Translations under genes and position numbers: made by a program
Notes under the pieces: model-generated
Databases searched by the model: none
Seen by the model: the letters and a program-made list of their open reading frames with translations, nothing else
Told to the model about the DNA's origin: nothing
In this document: positions 14,085-24,741 of the stretch, one piece after another
How positions within the stretch are numbered: the stretch's first letter is position 1
How the letters are laid out: every line of letters starts with the position of its first letter
Source: Octopus vulgaris
Taxonomy: Eukaryota
DNA length: 64,000 nucleotides
Direction: 5' to 3'
NCBI GenBank assembly: GCA_951406725.2
Contig: OX597816.1
Location: 132,556,001 to 132,620,000 of the forward strand

Positions 14085-14425
14085 TAAAATGACATTGTCG
14101 AGTAGGTGTGAGAGGTTTGATATGGCCAGTTTGAACACAAAAGGGATAAAGACATTCAGACTGTTCTACTTTTGCTATGTCTTATTGATGGCTATATAAC
14201 TCTCACAGTGTCTAAATGACAACGAAAACTTATATTTTCCATTCCATGTGATTCTTATAGTTTTAGAATGACATTGTAAGGTAAGTGTGAGAGGCTTGAT
14301 ATGGCCAGTCTAAATGTAAAAAGGATAAAGACATTCAGACTGTTCTACTTTTGCTGTCTTATTGATGGCCATTCAGCTTTCACACTGTCTAAATGACAAT
14401 GAAAATTGTTATATTTTCCATTCCT
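14085..14425. repeat. Local tandem duplication, ~180-bp period
   Basis: aatgacattgt..gtgtgagagg..ggataaagacattcagactgttctacttttgct..ttatattttccattcc occurs twice. Confidence 0.9.
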
Positions 14426-15110
14426 TCATTAAAGTGTGTGAAGTGATATATATATATATGAGTTGGTCCTTCCCACCTCTCAGATTAAGCTGTATCAAGG
14501 ATGCCTTACACTTGCATCCTCCAGGAGTCAATAAAATAGTTTGATCCTTTACATAATGTCTTTTGACTACTTCTCCATTGATAATAACATTTACTTTTCA
14601 AAATATCATTTGTTAGTATTTTACCTATGATTTTTATTTGTGCAGTGTTAAGATATCCAACCTCCAGTATCCAGAAAAAAAAATCTAACTTTGTAATTGA
14701 AGTAAATAATTTTTAAGAAATAGTGTGATAAGATTTCGTTTCTTTTCGCATTTTGGTTTAGATTTCCTGCTTGTGTTTGTGGCCTTAGACTACTTCAATA
14801 AGCCTCAAAAATGTGAATTACTTTCTAGTAATTGCGTGTGTGTGTTTTATAAATATATAGATAATGGGTGTTTATGAGGTTTCAAATGGAAAGAGGTTGC
14901 CATTTCAACAGAGATGCATTTCCTCCAAGCATACACCGGTTTAGCTTCATTTCGATTAATTTTCCTGGAATTTGTTAATTAGTGTTAGTATTGGTATTTA
15001 TTGATGGTTCTTCTTCAACATCAGTGCTTAACACTTATGAAGTTCCAGCAGTCATTATAGATGTTTTCATCTATCCACTATAGAACAGAATTATTAATAC
15101 AATATATGAA

Positions 15111-15416
15111 AAAAATGGAGAGTGTGAACACAGAAAATCAATTCATTTATATAATACAAGTCAATTTCATGTCACCTACGCACGTTTCAATTCCTAACTT
15201 CATATTTTACAATTAAATTGCATTATGAATTTAAAAAAGTAAAAGTCTCTTCAGGGCAAAAATTGATATAAATTAATTTTCATCCTAAAAAGATGGAGAG
15301 TTCATTACAGACTGTAAAATATGAATGAAGTTAGAAATTTAAATATGTGTAGGCAACATGAAATTGACTTCTGTTATGTAAATGAATTTATTTTCTGTGT
15401 TCACAATCTCCATTTT
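15111..15416. repeat. Foldback with ~100-bp arms, outward-facing degenerate hammerhead motifs
   Basis: aaaatggagagtgtgaacacagaaaat... pairs with ...attttctgtgttcacaatctccatttt. Minus strand gcc-CTGAAGA (15254-15248)...GAAAC-gtgc-GTA-ggt (15188-15174); the plus arm has decayed CTAAAAA...TAAAT-atgt-GTA-ggcaa. Confidence 0.85.
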
Positions 15417-18179
15417 CTCTCTCTCGATATATATATATATACACACACATACACATACTCACAATCATAATTTTAAAATAAGTACTGGGATTGATTTGTT
15501 TGACTAAACTCTTCAGGGAAGTGCTCCAGTGTGGCTGTGTTCCAATGACCAAAACAAAATAAATAATTGAACCAGTGTCTTCTGTAATGTAATTCTTAGA
15601 AGTCATTAGTATTTATATTTCTATCTCTCACAGTTACTTTAGATAGTAAAAGGAGAATGGCCAGCACCCTTGACATTCTATCAGGGTCTTGAATACTGAT
15701 TGGATGACAGGAGGATGTTACCCTCAAACTGCAGATTTGACCCAAATATTAACAGCAGTGTAGACTCTACTAAAGGCAACCAAGGGTTAGGTGTTTGTCT
15801 TAAACTAGAGAGTAGATCGAGTCTACCATCTAATTCCAAGAATGGCTTTTCGGATGGATTTCCACAGTTTCTACCTGCTAAATTTCACAAACATTGCTTT
15901 GGTTGACTTGAGGCTATGGTAGTAGCCACTTGCCCCAAAGTGCAGTGCAGAAGGATTTACAAATGGACTATGCCCATGCTTGCACCCAAATACATATAAT
16001 CAGTGAAATTTCTTATTTCAAGTTATTCAAATATATATATTAATTATTCAGATGAAACTACTAATGATGCATAGACGATATCTTCAGAAGCAGATATATC
16101 TTTACATAGTCTTTATTATGGGTTTAGTGAAGGCTCACAGCCATGAGGTAGTGAGTTCGATTCCCAGACCAGGCTGTGTTGGCCTTTGCCTTTCCTTTGA
16201 ATAACATCAATGACATGCATGAGCTGGTCGTCCATAAAAAACAACCTTGCCCAGACTTGTGCTTTGGAAGGTAACTTTCTAGGTGCAATCTCGTTGTTAT
16301 CCAATGGGTCTTTTGTTTATCTTAGGTTTAAAGAATATATTTTGGTGTTATCCAGAAGCTTTCAGAATTATTTTAAAAAATGATAAATTTATTAGCTTTT
16401 TTTTTTTTTAGTATTTAATCTGAATTGATTACTTTTCCCTGAGAGACAGGGTATGATTTATAAATATATCATGGTATCAACCAGACTATCAGATGTTGTT
16501 ATGCATCGCTGGTCACAACACACTTTCCGTCATTGTAGCTTTCGAATGATGCCACCCAACTATCTGGGCGAGTAGGCCAGTATACTGCCTGATTGGAAGG
16601 CTAGTCTGTTGCAGGGTTACCCATTTACAGCTGAATGGACTGGAGCAATGTGAAATGACGTGTTTTGCTCAAGAACACAACCTGCAACCGATCTGAGAAT
16701 CGAAATCACAATCTGGTAATCATAAGTGCAACACCCCTTACCACTAGACCATATATGTACATATATAATATACATCTTTTAATTTATATATACATGTTAT
16801 ATATAGAGATGTATATGAATTAAAACAGTACTTCACATATATATATATATATATCATCATCATCATCATCATCATCATATATATATATATAAATACACTC
16901 ACACACATACACACATAAGCATGCATTCATATATGTATACATCTATGTATAAACATATGTTTATGTAATTGTATAAGCATGCATACATCATCATCATTTA
17001 ACGTCTAATTTTCCATGCTTGCATGGTTCAGACAGAATTTGTTAAGGTAAATTCTCTACAGCCAGATTGTCTTCTTGCTGCCCTTACTTGCTTCTAAACA
17101 AAGTAAGCAGATGAAGGTTGGTGACTGGAAAGGCATTCAGCTGTAGAAGATCTGCTTCAACATATATATGAATTGTATAAGCATGCATATATACATGTAA
17201 ATGTTTAAAAATGCATAAATATATTGTAATGTATAAATATACATATAGTATATAAATGTGTATACATAAATGTATACACATGCACACATATAAGCTAATG
17301 TATAAAATTGAATACATGCAAGTATTTACACACATATGTGTGTGTATATGTACAGGCACACATATATGTAAGTGTGAGTACAGTTTCCTTTTCCCTTCAC
17401 TGAGCTGCATGTCACATGTTTCTGTTTAACACCAACCAGTCTGTCTCCCATGGAACTACATCTAATCTGTTAACTATTCTCTTACTGGAAAATAATAATA
17501 CACAAAGTACGACCCTTAATTGTAATTAATCTGTGTGGCTTCAGTGGTTGGAATGCTATTTTTGTTATTTCACTCTGGTCAAGTTTATCGATGTTTTTTT
17601 TTTTGTTATTGTCATAGTACATATATTATATATATATATATATATCATTTATTTGCTCTCTTCAGTTGAGATACTCTTCAAACTTATTTTTGCTTTTTAT
17701 TTACATGGGTCTTGTGAACAATTTTTGCAGTCAGTGTTGACACATCTGTTGGTATTATTGCAGTTAACTAATATATAATCTTTTAATTGCAGCTTGAATA
17801 ATTATTATTTTCCTTTTATTCAGCTCTCTCTCAACATTTAAATAAATAACCTCATTATATATGCAATACATTTACTATATTCCAGATATGATATCAACTC
17901 TCTTTTATTATGTATAAAAAAGCTTGGGGCTAGAATCTTACATTGAAAAAGAAATGTTAAAAAAACTCAAATTTCATTGCCAAAATATATTTGTTCTTAC
18001 CTATTCATAAACACAAAACATACATTTGCATAATACTTACACACTTACTTACATATCTATGTATTATTTAAGTCCTTGAGAGAGTTCAAGCCAGTTGCTA
18101 ACAAAGCATTTTGAGTTAAGAGAGTTCCTGAGTTGATGTGTTAGTTGAAATGTTGATACATACACACAAGTGTATGTGC

Positions 18180-18376
18180 ATCTATTCCTATATGGAGAAT
18201 TTTTGGAATGACTTACAGATCTTCACTACACTGCTAATAGATTGGATTTAGAGAATCTGCATCAGTTTCTATTGCACTTTCTCCATGAAACCAAGTATTT
18301 CTAGGTTCTTGTGCAAATCTGTTGGCACATAGCCTAATGCAGCTATGATCATAGGTACAAACGAGAATTCATAGTC
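18180..18376 (-). mobile_element. Short fragment of restriction-like-endonuclease retrotransposon C-terminus
   Basis: Minus strand reads YEFSFVPMIIAALGYVP, the P-hhh-xALG-hP motif at the end of this domain. Confidence 0.5.
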
Positions 18377-19106
18377 AAGCTTCCCAACCACATGGTTCTG
18401 GGTTCAGTCTCACTGCAAGGCATCTTGGGCAAGCGTCTTCTATAGCCTCAGGCCAATCAAAGACTTGTGAGTGGATTTAGTAGATGGAAACTGAAAGAAA
18501 CCCATTGTATATATATATATATCTCTCTATATATAAACGGCAGTTTGTCTGTGTGTGTGTTTCTGTGTCTGTTTGGTTGTACCCTCACCCTGACCACGGC
18601 TTTCAACCAATTCTGATGAAACTTGACACACACATAGCCCAATGTCATAATTCAAAACTAACGCAGCGAAAATTTTGAAAAGTTCCCCCAGTTCTGAAAA
18701 AGATCAATAAATTCGACATGGGGTCGACAATCAGAAACACAAACCACAGATGGTCTAGGGGACGCAACTCGACCTTTTTAACTATCAAAAAAAAATTTAC
18801 CATCATTTTTTTCCCATTTTTTTTGCTATTTTTTGGCTATAACTCTCTAAAAATGCTTTATAGTTATTTCCCTTACAAACCCGAGCAACGCCGGGCGATA
18901 CTGCTAGTATATATATATATATATATTGTTACATTAACGGCTGACTTTAGCATACATTTCCAGCATGTAGCTTTACTTATAGTAACAGCCCTTAATATAA
19001 TAATGTATTTTAAAAAATTATACTTAGTATTAATTTTTTACCTTAATTGGTTTTACATGCTGGCTACTTGATAAAATCTTATGTAGATTTTATCCTTATA
19101 TTTAAT

Positions 19107-19144
<38 letters not shown>

Positions 19145-19348
19145 TTGTGTATCTGTGGTTGTCCCTCCACCATTGCTTGACAACCGATGTTGGTATGTTT
19201 ATGACCCCATAACTTAGTGGTTTGGCAAAAGAGACCAAAAGAATAAGTACTAGTCTTACAAAGAATAAGTCCTGGTGTTGATTTGTCCAACTAAAGGCAG
19301 TGCTCCAGCATGGCCGCAGTCAGAATGACTGAAACAAATAACAGAATA
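18377..19348 (+). mobile_element. tRNA-derived octopus SINE split at its internal (TA)n by nested insertions
   Basis: 5' half (cccaaccacatggttctgggttcagtc...ggaaactgaaagaa) and 3' half (cttgacaaccgatg...gactgaaaca) match the intact copy at 21533. Confidence 0.85.
18522..18907 (+). mobile_element. Non-autonomous Helitron
   Basis: 5' A|TC..TATATATAAA, internal (GT/CT) microsatellite, 3' hairpin cccg-agcaacgc-cggg (18880-18895), then CTAG|T; no target duplication. Confidence 0.85.
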
Positions 19349-19860
19349 AAATGTATGCATGTATGTATGTAAACATATAGGTAAGAATATGTATCTACAG
19401 TATACCAGGCTGAGATGAGTTGCCCATGTAGTTAATGTGGAAGATGATAGAAATTCCAAAGTTTCTACTCTATGTAGAGCTAATTTCTGGGAGGAAAATG
19501 AAGTTAAGGGCAGATTTAAATTAGATTGAAAGAAAACCAGTATTCATGTAGAATATTGAGAACTTATATTGTGCATCATAAAGAAAAAAATATATAGAAT
19601 GTATCCATTTACCATTTGAAATTAAAATAAAAATTCAAGGAAAGGAATTCCTATGAATAGTAACATTTCTTTCAAATGTTTAATTTGTGATAGAGTTTGT
19701 CTTTCTAAGGCTGGGCTTGTTAGCAACATAAGAGTACACGAATCAAAACAAGCTAATAAATTTTCACCATCTGAAGAAACACATGTTTGCCAATCATTTT
19801 ATAGATATTGGTTTACAGCCCACTAACAAGCAACGGTCATTCTTAAAATTGAATTTCTTT

Positions 19861-19901
<41 letters not shown>

Positions 19902-20246
19902 GAAATTCATATAAAAACAAAAGACAAAGACAGGTGTATGAACAACAAGCAAGTATATTAATTTGATGCTTGGGAAAATGAAAAAGTCTTTTACGTTTTG
20001 AGCCTATGCTCTTCAACAGAAAGGAATAGAAAATAAACAGAGAGAGAATGTGTGTATACATGTATATTTGTGTGTGTGTGTGTGTGTATGCATGTACATT
20101 TGTGTGTGTATATTATTTTTAGAAACAAAGTAATGTTATTTGATGCATTTAAATACTTAGTTTAGTATTTAGTAGACCTCCTTGTACATTTTTTAATGAT
20201 ATGACTGATTTAGGCACTGTGCTAATTAAGTAGTGTCTTCACAGAT

Positions 20247-20513
20247 ATTCCTTTGGCATGCCAGTCTCCACACAGCACTAATGCAATTTGATATGAAATG
20301 TTTTGCTGAAGAGCACAACATACTGTCCAGTTGGGAATTGAATCCATGATCTGGCAATCGTAATTTCAACATCCTAACCTCTAGGCCATATGCTTACAAT
20401 CACCAGATTGTCGAATCGATTCTCAGACCAGGTGGTGTGTTGTGTTCTTGAGCAAAACACTTCATTTCACATTGCTCTAGTGCTGTGTGTGTGGACCAGT
20501 ATGCCAAAGAATA
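20247..20513. repeat. Head-to-head inverted pair of SINE fragments
   Basis: tattcctttggcatgccagt..cacacagcacta..gttttgctgaagagcacaaca mirrored by tgttgtgttcttgagcaaaac..tagtgctgtgtg..ccagtatgccaaagaata. Confidence 0.8.
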
Positions 20514-20784
20514 GATGCAACGTTTCCTCTGTGTCGTAAAAAGGCAACTAAATGAGATTGAGGTAGGATTTGCACTCTGACCTCACCAACAATGACTACC
20601 AAAAACAGATCCATGGGGTGGAGGGTTGTCACCTGAATGGTATAGATGTGTCACCAACAAATGATGGATGCAGTGACATGCTGTTACAGCACAAGCCCCC
20701 ATATTCCCCATGCAACTACTACTACTGCTGCTATTCACAAACTGAATTGTGTAATGGGGGTGGTGTCTGTTTACTTTTGAGATG

Positions 20785-20787
<3 letters not shown>

Positions 20788-20863
<76 letters not shown>

Positions 20864-20945
20864 TTGTGTTGCATGTGTGTGTGTGTATAGACACACACAC
20901 ATATACACATACATACACACACGCACACATATATATGTATATATA
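20788..20945. repeat. Compound (TA)n/(TG)n/(CA)n microsatellite, representative of dozens in the window
   Basis: Direct reading; similar tracts at ~8745, 19110, 23230-23465, 39750-39975, 61365-61630. Confidence 0.98.
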
Positions 20946-21074
20946 AACTTATGTGTCTGGTTTACAAATAAAAAAATATATATATGGTAAAACAACAAAT
21001 GAATGAAAGAGACCTTGATATTATGTAAATAGAGGAATTTATCTGTAAATGTAATATGTGACAATTATTCGGTA

Positions 21075-21145
21075 GCCATGATAAAACTCTGAGTTTCAGA
21101 TGCCAAAGTAGAAATCCACGCCGCCATCTCTTCAATTATCCGGTC
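21075..21145 (-). ncRNA. Inverted partner hammerhead motif (C3->U variant, TTGAAGA)
   Basis: Reverse complement reads gaccggataa-TTGAAGA-gatg...catct-GAAA-ctcagag-TT-ttatcatggc, the mirror copy of 21188-21258. Confidence 0.55.
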
Positions 21146-21187
21146 ATCAGAAAAAATGCTATGGGAAAAAAATGCATTTTTCCCAAT

Positions 21188-21258
21188 GGCCGGATAACTG
21201 AAGAGATGGTGGCATGGATTTCCACCTCGGCATCCGAAACTCGGAGTTTTATCATGGC
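21188..21258 (+). ncRNA. Type I hammerhead ribozyme motif (Penelope/retrozyme-like minimal type)
   Basis: CTGAAGA 21198-21204, GAAA 21236-21239. Stem II GATG/CATC plus GTGG/CCAC, with one extra C before GAAA. Near-palindromic stem III ACTC-G-GAGT. GUU triplet 21246-21248. Stem I GATAA/TTATC extended by GCC/GGC. Confidence 0.7.
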
Positions 21259-21532
21259 TACCAAATAATTGTCATATATTACGTTTACAAATATATATGT
21301 GCCAATCATGTAATGAATGTTGTTTTGTGAAAACACATGCCTGAATACAATAACGATTGACATGATCCTGCATTTCATTTAAGTGAGAAGAGACATCTAT
21401 TGTGATAGCTGTGGGAAAAGCTGCAGATCAACTGGGCTGAATAGACATCTTTGGTTTGCAGTTCATTAACAAGGAATGGTCATACTCAGTATTGAGCTGA
21501 CTTACATCACAATTATGTGTGTGTGTGTGTGT

Positions 21533-21684
21533 GTGTGTGGTAAGTAGCTTGCTTACCAACCACATGGTTCCGGGTTCATTCCCACTGCATGGCACCTTGG
21601 GCAAGTGTCTTCTACTATAGCCTCGGGCTTACCAAAGCCTTGTGAGTGGATTTGGTAGATGGAAACTGAAAGAAGCCCGTCGTA

Positions 21685-21729
<45 letters not shown>

Positions 21730-21934
21730 GTGTGTGTGTTTATGTGTTTGTTCCGCCAACATCACTTGACAACTGATGCTGATGTGTTTGCGTCCCCGTT
21801 ACTTAGCGGTTCAGCAAAAGAGACTGATAGAATAAGTACTAGGCCTCCAAAGAATAAGTCCTGGGGTCGATTTGCGCGACTAAAGGCGGTGCTCCAGCAT
21901 AGCCACAGTCAAATGACTGAAACAAGTAAAAGAG
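21533..21934 (+). mobile_element. tRNA-derived octopus SINE with internal microsatellite (full length)
   Basis: B-box-like ggttccgggttcattccc and CORE-like ccttgggcaagtgtctt. Other copies at ~22305-22700(-), ~27965-28290(-), ~46315-46470(+), ~47365-47520(-), ~62585-62745(+). Confidence 0.9.
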
Positions 21935-22304
21935 TATATATGCATGTGTGTCTGGGTATATAAATAAAGCAAAAGAACTCACATAGTAATGTAGTGAAGA
22001 AGGTAAACATCAGCTTCAAATGTGTATGTATGTTTATATACTGTGCATGTGTGTATTTGTGATGCTGGATGATATTACAAGCACTGGTTGATGCTTATAA
22101 CATCTAAAATATTATTTATATTAAAAATCTCTGTCATGTGTTTGTGTGCCTAATTAAAAACATAACTTGAAAATCTTTTAAGAAGTTTGATGTTACCTGT
22201 TCTTCCTAACAACTTACCAGATTTAATAAAGTGGTTGCAAGAATTTGCGTCAGGCATTCGTTCTGATCAGTTGCCTATGAGTTTTTGTACTAGCCAGGTT
22301 TTAT

Positions 22305-22700
22305 CTTTTATCTGTTTCAGCCATTTGACTGTGGCTTTTTAGGCCTAGTACTTATTCTATTGCTCACTTTTGCCAAGACCACTAAGTTGCAGAGACATAA
22401 ACACACCAACACCGGTTGTCAAGTAGTGGTGGGGCGAGAAACAAAGACACACACACATAGATATATACATGTACATACAATACATATATATATATGCATC
22501 CAATGGGCTTCTTTTCAGTTTCTGTCTACCGAATCCACTCACAAGGCTTTGGTCGGGGCTTCTTTCTGCCAAATCCACTTGTATGTCTTTGGTTGGCCCA
22601 AGGCTGTGGTAGAAGACGTGTGCTCAAGATGTCATGCAGTTGGACTGAACTTGGAACCATGTGGTTGGGAAGGAGGCTTCTTACCACACAGCCACGTCTG
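22305..22700 (-). mobile_element. Same SINE family, inverted relative to 21533
   Basis: Reverse-complement match along the length; contains a short internal duplication (~22506-22600). Confidence 0.88.
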
Positions 22701-23258
22701 CACATATATATGTAGTTTTATTTTATGGCGAAGTAGTTTTAGACAATTAGGTTTGGAAACCGTGTATCAATCATTTAGTTTAAGATTTTGTTTGTAATTT
22801 CATATTGATATCTCATTTGTCTTGTGATTGTTCTTTGCTGATTCCCAGATATTATTTACATGAGATTCCACAGGTGTTGACATCTAGTATTTATATGATT
22901 ACTGTATAATTCATACACCTATTTTCATGTTTAATTGGACATCATTTACTTATTACACAATTTTTGATAATTTCCTCATTCATATCAGTTAACAGTTAGT
23001 AAATTAAATAAATTTAATGATATAAATTGAGTTTTTATATGTATATATATGTGTGTGTGTGTGTGTGTACACACACATATGGTAGTTTTTAAAATTCCAC
23101 TATACCAAAAATATTTAGTTTGTTAAAACTTCTCCATATCTCCATTTATGTTTCACTTTATTATCAGTACATCTGAAACATTACTTTATCTGATATATAT
23201 TGTATGGATATATGTATGTATGTGTGTGTGTGCTGTACATATATATATATATATAATA

Positions 23259-23297
<39 letters not shown>

Positions 23298-23388
23298 TTA
23301 TAGGGAATAATTTATAAATTTTTCCCTTATGAGGTTTTTCACACTAACTACTTGATAAATTCTTATAAAGATTTTATCCTATATTTAA

Positions 23389-23468
<80 letters not shown>

Positions 23469-23479
23469 ATATGAGAGAG

Positions 23480-24741
23480 CGGGTCATCCCATAAATAACG
23501 CAGTTTTTTTATACTTCTTTTATTTTTCAAAATTAAGGTAACGAAAATTATTTTTTAATCTAAAATATACTCTCCTTCATTTTCTACAATGCTCTTCCAT
23601 CTATTTGGTTGACTTGCAAGGCTCCTCTTCCAAAATTCACTTGTCAGACGAAAAATACTCCTCCAGTACTGTTCTGACCTCTTCTACAGAATTCATATTT
23701 TTTCCGTCTAAATGATTTTGAAGACTGCAGAATAAATGATCATCAGATGGGGCAATGTTTGGCGAATATGGTGGTTGGGGCATCATCTCTCATTCAAACT
23801 GCTCTAGCCTTTTGAATGTCATTATTTCTGTATGTGGCCAAGCATTATCTATTGGAAGAACACCTTTCGTCTTGAAACCTAAGATGGTCATTATTCTGAC
23901 TTAAGCTGCTCAAGCTGCTCACAGTAGTTCTCCTTTGTTATTGTTTGATTTGGGTTTAAAAGTCCAAAATGGACTAAACCTTTCATATCCCACCAAACAG
24001 ATAACAACACCTTATGTGAGTGAAAACCTTCTTCAGCCTGGGGAACTAGTGTTTCTCCTTTCCCTGCATTGCTTGACATTTTTATAGAGAACCCATTTCT
24101 TGTCACCAGTCACTATTCAGTCCAAAAAAGGTTCATTCATGAGATGTGCACACAAAGAAGAGCACACATTCACTCTCTGCATGTGATTAGACTCAGAAAG
24201 TTTGTGAGGAACCCATTGACCCAATTTGCTGACTTTTCTGATGGCATGCTTGCAGGTGTCAATGAATGGTTGAATGACCAAATCTAAGCTTCTCTGCTAG
24301 TTCCTCAACAATTACTATGGAATTTTTTTCCACCAGGGTTTGCAGGACGTCCTTGTTGAGCTCTACAGATCTTCCAGGATGAGGCTCGTCTTCTAGGCTG
24401 TAGCTTCCAGCTCAGAATTTCTGGAACCACTGTTGATGCTGGCTTACACTTATTGTCTGATCCCCATATACTGCGTTAATGTTCCTCACACTTTCTGTTG
24501 CATTGTTGCCTTTATTGAAATCATAAAGCAAAAATATGCTGAATATGCTCCTTTATCACTTCCATTATAGCTTTGAAAAACTGTTAAAATCAAACTGCAC
24601 TCTTCAAAACTCGTACTAAGAATACATACAAGGTAAAATTACCTGCTTTTATAGCAAGTTGATACAGGTAGTTTATCTCTTACCTCTCAACTTTTAGTTC
24701 ATGCAATTGAAAAAAACTGCATTATTTATAGGATGACCCAG
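23480..24741 (-). mobile_element. Near full-length decayed mariner transposon (~1.26 kb)
   Basis: TIRs gggtcatcccataaataacgcagtttttt / aaaaaactgcattatttataggatgaccc followed by TA. Minus-strand remnants KVLLSVWWDMKG and PPYSPNIAPSDDHLF, with stops and frameshifts. Confidence 0.92.

Larger units (their letters stand above)
21041..21293. repeat. Foldback with ~115-bp arms, each carrying a hammerhead motif; centre near ATGCAT 21172-21177
   Basis: Arms align as reverse complements with about 15 differences, essentially all transitions. Confidence 0.95.

Noticed and set aside
20570-21064. YIYI/CVCV/HTHT ORFs here and at ~16.7, 17.1, 26.2, 39.7 and 61.3 kb
   Set aside because: Dinucleotide microsatellite translations.
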